Below are positions 25,665 to 28,214 of a DNA stretch of 28,214 bases, piece after piece. This stretch comes from a virus. Lineage: Duplodnaviria > Caudoviricetes. The stretch is taken from IMG/VR virus record IMGVR_UViG_3300010203_000022, positions 1-28,214 of that record; one strand, 5' to 3'. Made by a program: the position numbers and the translations under genes. How positions within the stretch are numbered: position 1 is the stretch's first letter; each line of letters starts with the position of its first letter. The notes under the pieces are model-generated. The model was not told the DNA's origin. It did no database searches and was given only the letters and a program-made list of their open reading frames with translations.

Positions 25665-25928
25665 ATGACGAAGTTGCAAGCCGCAGCAGCGGCGGTTGAA
25701 TCACGCCTGATCGACGACTGGCGTGGCGAGATCAAGCGGCTGTGGAGCCTGCGCGTCGCGGCGATCTGGATCGTGCTGAGCGCGATCATTTTCGTCGCGC
25801 CCATGGTTTCGGACGAAGCCAAGGCTGTGGTCGGCGCGTGGCCGTTCGCCGGCGGCCTGTTTTTGGCGTCGGTGTCGCTGGGCCTCGCCCGTCTGACCAA
25901 ACAGCCGGGAGCCGTCGCCGATGAATGA
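25665..25928 (+). CDS. Putative holin
   Basis: 87 aa with two hydrophobic segments; LIDDWR...LWSLR N-terminus and ARLTKQ C-terminus; overlaps the endolysin start. Confidence 0.78.
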   Translation: MTKLQAAAAAVESRLIDDWRGEIKRLWSLRVAAIWIVLSAIIFVAPMVSDEAKAVVGAWPFAGGLFLASVSLGLARLTKQPGAVADE

Positions 25929-26412
25929 GGCTGTGAAAAAGCCCAACCGGATGCGCCAGAGCGCCACAGCTTGCGCGCTCGCCGTCTCCCTGGTCGGCGG
26001 CTTCGAGGGCGTGCGCCAAAACGCGTATCCCGATCCGGCGACGCGCGGCGATCCCTGGACCATCTGCTACGGCCACACCGGCGCCGACGTGACGCCGGGC
26101 CAGCGCGTGAGCCTCGCCGAATGCCACCGGCTTCTGCTCGCCGATCTCGACCGCGAGGCGGCGGGGATCGACAAATGCCTGAGGCCGCCTCAGCCTATGA
26201 CGGACGGGCGCTATGTCGCTGTGTTGTCGCTCGCCCATAACATCGGCGTGCCTGGCGTCTGCCGGTCCAGCGTGGTCCGCAAGCTCAACGCGGGCGACGT
26301 GCAAGGCGGCTGCGACTCGCTGCTGCTCTACAACCGGGCGGCCGGGTTGGTCATGCCGGGACTGACGCGCCGGCGCGAAAAAGAGCGCGAACTATGCCTT
26401 TTGGAGGACTGA
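25921..26412 (+). CDS. Endolysin, GH24 lysozyme family
   Basis: FEG...AYPD (E-x8-D), WTICYGHT, HNIG and PGLTRRREKERELCL motifs. Confidence 0.95.
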   Translation: MNEAVKKPNRMRQSATACALAVSLVGGFEGVRQNAYPDPATRGDPWTICYGHTGADVTPGQRVSLAECHRLLLADLDREAAGIDKCLRPPQPMTDGRYVAVLSLAHNIGVPGVCRSSVVRKLNAGDVQGGCDSLLLYNRAAGLVMPGLTRRREKERELCLLED

Positions 26413-26414
26413 CC

Positions 26415-26714
26415 ATGGCCGCAAAAGGCGTTCTCCGCACGCTTGAGGGCGACCGCCTCGCCTTCTTTTGCCCGGGCTGCAAATCGCACCACCAGGTCTA
26501 TGTCGGCCCCGCCGGCTGGGGCTTCAACGGCAATTTCGACCGGCCGACGTTCACGCCGTCCGTGCTCGTCAATCCCGGGCGCGAAAATGCGGCGCATCCG
26601 ACATGCCATTCCTTCGTGACGGACGGCCAAATCCAGTTCCTCGGCGACTGCACGCACGAACTGGCCGGCCAGACGGTGGCGCTGGCGTCGCGCAAGCCGG
26701 AATGGGAGGCCTGA
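26415..26714 (+). CDS. DUF6527-like CxxC/His protein
   Basis: FCPGCKSHH...WGFNGNFDRPTFTPSVL...CHSFVTDGQIQFLGDCTHELAGQTV; GGAGG SD before ATG 26415. Confidence 0.8.
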   Translation: MAAKGVLRTLEGDRLAFFCPGCKSHHQVYVGPAGWGFNGNFDRPTFTPSVLVNPGRENAAHPTCHSFVTDGQIQFLGDCTHELAGQTVALASRKPEWEA

Positions 26715-26716
26715 CC

Positions 26717-27202
26717 ATGTTCGCCATCCTTACCGAATGGGGCTTTGGCCTGGGCGCGCTCGCCTGCCTCGCCGGAGCGGCTCTCTCCTTTATCTATATC
26801 CCACTCGTCGGCCGCTACATCGCGGCCGGCCTGGTGGCGCTCGCGGCCGGCCTCGCCGCCTATGACCTGGGCTATGCCGCGCGCGGCCGGCTCGATCAAT
26901 CCGAAGCGCTCGCGGCCCAGCTCGCGGCCGTGCGGCAGGAGATCGCCGCGACCAAGACCGTCCAGGAAGCGGCGGCATCCCGCGCTCGCGCCACCGAACA
27001 GCAGGCGAACCAACTGCAGGAGCAGATCAATGCCTATGAAACCGCCCTTGCGGCCAAGCCCGAACCTGCCGCCGCGCCTGGCTGTCCGAAGGTGGCGCCG
27101 CCGTGCGCTCTCGACGCTGACGATGTGCGCGCTCTTGGCGGGCTGCGCAACGGTCCCGCCGCCGCCAGTCGAAAAACCGACGCTGCCGGTCGCGCCCGCT
27201 GA
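26717..27202 (+). CDS. Rz: Inner-membrane spanin (Rz-like)
   Basis: N-terminal hydrophobic helices, coiled coil and C-terminal cysteines; GGAGG SD before ATG 26717. Confidence 0.8.
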   Translation: MFAILTEWGFGLGALACLAGAALSFIYIPLVGRYIAAGLVALAAGLAAYDLGYAARGRLDQSEALAAQLAAVRQEIAATKTVQEAAASRARATEQQANQLQEQINAYETALAAKPEPAAAPGCPKVAPPCALDADDVRALGGLRNGPAAASRKTDAAGRAR

Positions 27203-27356
27203 ATTTGGGCAGCGCGTTCCGGCTCCAAAACTCCGCGTCGGCGACAACGCGAAGGTGCTCGCCGCCCGTGCGCTCGGCGCGTTGGAGCAGGCCAACGACC
27301 GACTGGACAACGACGGCGCCTTTTATGGCGACGTGCGGGCGAATTTCTCGAAATGA
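27030..27356 (+). CDS. Rz1: Outer-membrane lipoprotein spanin (Rz1-like), overlapping Rz in the +1 frame
   Basis: Basic RRWRRR, hydrophobic stretch, lipobox LLAGC and Pro-rich mature region. AGGAG at 27018-27022 precedes ATG 27030; the start is uncertain. Confidence 0.8.
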   Translation: MPMKPPLRPSPNLPPRLAVRRWRRRALSTLTMCALLAGCATVPPPPVEKPTLPVAPAEFGQRVPAPKLRVGDNAKVLAARALGALEQANDRLDNDGAFYGDVRANFSK

Positions 27357-27416
27357 TCAACGCCGGGGCCTCGGTCCCGGTCATGGAAGGCCGGTGCGGC
27401 CGGCGGGGGATTGGAA

Positions 27417-27767
27417 ATGTCGGATTCGGGAGGCGCTGGCCTGGGCCAGAATGGGGTCGCGCTCATTGGGTTGTTGGGCACGATCGGCGGAGGGTTCCTG
27501 GGTAAATTCTGGGACCATTTGTTCGGAGGGCGCGCGGCGGCCGAGAAGCAAAGGGCGGAGGCGCGGAAGCTCCTTGAGGACGCCTTCGACGCAAAGACGC
27601 GGGCGCTTGTCGACTCCTACGGGAAGATGATCGATGAGCTGAAGGAGTTTTACGAGACTCGAATCACGGAGCTGCGCGGCGAGGTCGGTCATTGGCGGGG
27701 CGAAACAATCTCGCTCCGCAAGGCGCTGGACGCGATCCGCGCAAGGGCGGCTGGACAGCAGGACTAG
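27417..27767 (+). CDS. Single-TM plus coiled-coil membrane protein (possible second holin-like / lysis accessory)
   Basis: GVALIGLLGTIGGGFLG hydrophobic segment followed by a charged coiled coil; last + strand gene. Confidence 0.65.
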   Translation: MSDSGGAGLGQNGVALIGLLGTIGGGFLGKFWDHLFGGRAAAEKQRAEARKLLEDAFDAKTRALVDSYGKMIDELKEFYETRITELRGEVGHWRGETISLRKALDAIRARAAGQQD

Positions 27768-27775
27768 GGCCTGAA

Positions 27776-27988
27776 TCAGGCCGGCCGAGTTGCCGTTGTC
27801 TCGGGCCAAGGCTTGAGGCCGGCGGCGATCGCCGCGCAGGCCAGCGCCACCACCAGCGGCGCGCCCTCCCGCATATATTTTGTCGTCATGTTTTTCGACC
27901 ACCCGCAATGCTTGTAGAGTTCGTACTGTGGCCAGCCATAGTGCTCTTTGCAGTAGTCGGCGAAGGCGGAGAAATCTTCTGGCGTCAT
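27776..27988 (-). CDS. Small HTH-like DNA-binding protein
   Basis: MTPEDF...GWPQYELYKHCGWSKNMTTKYMREGAP.VVALACAAI resembles a Cro/XRE-type HTH pattern; start set at ATG 27988 (70 aa). Confidence 0.65.
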   Translation of the reverse strand: MTPEDFSAFADYCKEHYGWPQYELYKHCGWSKNMTTKYMREGAPLVVALACAAIAAGLKPWPETTATRPA

Positions 27989-28009
27989 TGATGCGTCTTC
28001 AAAATGGAG

Positions 28010-28033
28010 AGAGGGGCCAAGGCCCCTCTTTTT
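28010..28033 (+). terminator. Intrinsic terminator
   Basis: AGAGGGGC-CAAG-GCCCCTCT hairpin running into a T tract (28029-28033). Confidence 0.75.
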
Positions 28034-28214
28034 AGATTGCGTACCCGGCGGCGTCCTTGGCGGCTCTGGTGTAGCTCTTGCCTGCCAGCATGAGGGTCCA
28101 GGCCATCGCCACCCGCTCCGCCCAAGCATACCACATCTCGGTTCCGAACTGGGCGTTGGTGCGCTTGATTTCGAGTTCGGCGGCGGCGTCGATGGTGTCG
28201 TGATAGGTCAACAT
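28032..28214 (-). CDS. Small hypothetical protein (start at the window edge, possibly truncated)
   Basis: 60-codon ORF co-oriented with the HTH gene; no recognisable motif. Confidence 0.5.
   Translation of the reverse strand: MLTYHDTIDAAAELEIKRTNAQFGTEMWYAWAERVAMAWTLMLAGKSYTRAAKDAAGYAI

Noticed and set aside
27363-27380. Hairpin CCGGGGCC-TC-GGTCCCGG after Rz1, and the hairpin over the SGNH stop at 25598-25611
   Set aside because: Neither has a following U tract, and such stems are common by chance at this GC content, so they are not called terminators.

Overview
This GC-rich window holds most of the late region of a temperate tailed phage or prophage; an alphaproteobacterial host is my inference. 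Almost all genes are on the + strand. In order: an iteron-like inverted-repeat array (26-216), a NusG-family (NGN+KOW) paralogue, a ~200-nt leader of six back-to-back hairpins, a gpZ-like gene and a lambda-type cos region. A lambda-like head module follows (TerS, gpA-type TerL, gpW, portal, ClpP protease-major capsid fusion, DUF2190-like), then a Mu-like contractile tail (sheath, tube, frameshifted chaperone, tape measure, split DNA-circularisation protein, gp44-gp48-like baseplate, fibre and chaperone). The end carries a three-gene accessory block finishing in an SGNH esterase, a lysis cassette (holin, GH24 endolysin, Rz/Rz1) and two small convergent minus-strand genes. Accessory insertions are a Tad2-like (DUF2829) gene between terL and gpW, and a CxxC/His gene flanked by 15-nt direct repeats inside the lysis cassette. 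The best candidate for an undescribed system is the NusG paralogue plus structured leader RNA, sitting where a late antiterminator (lambda Q) would be expected. All family calls come from motif recognition and synteny; no database search was run.
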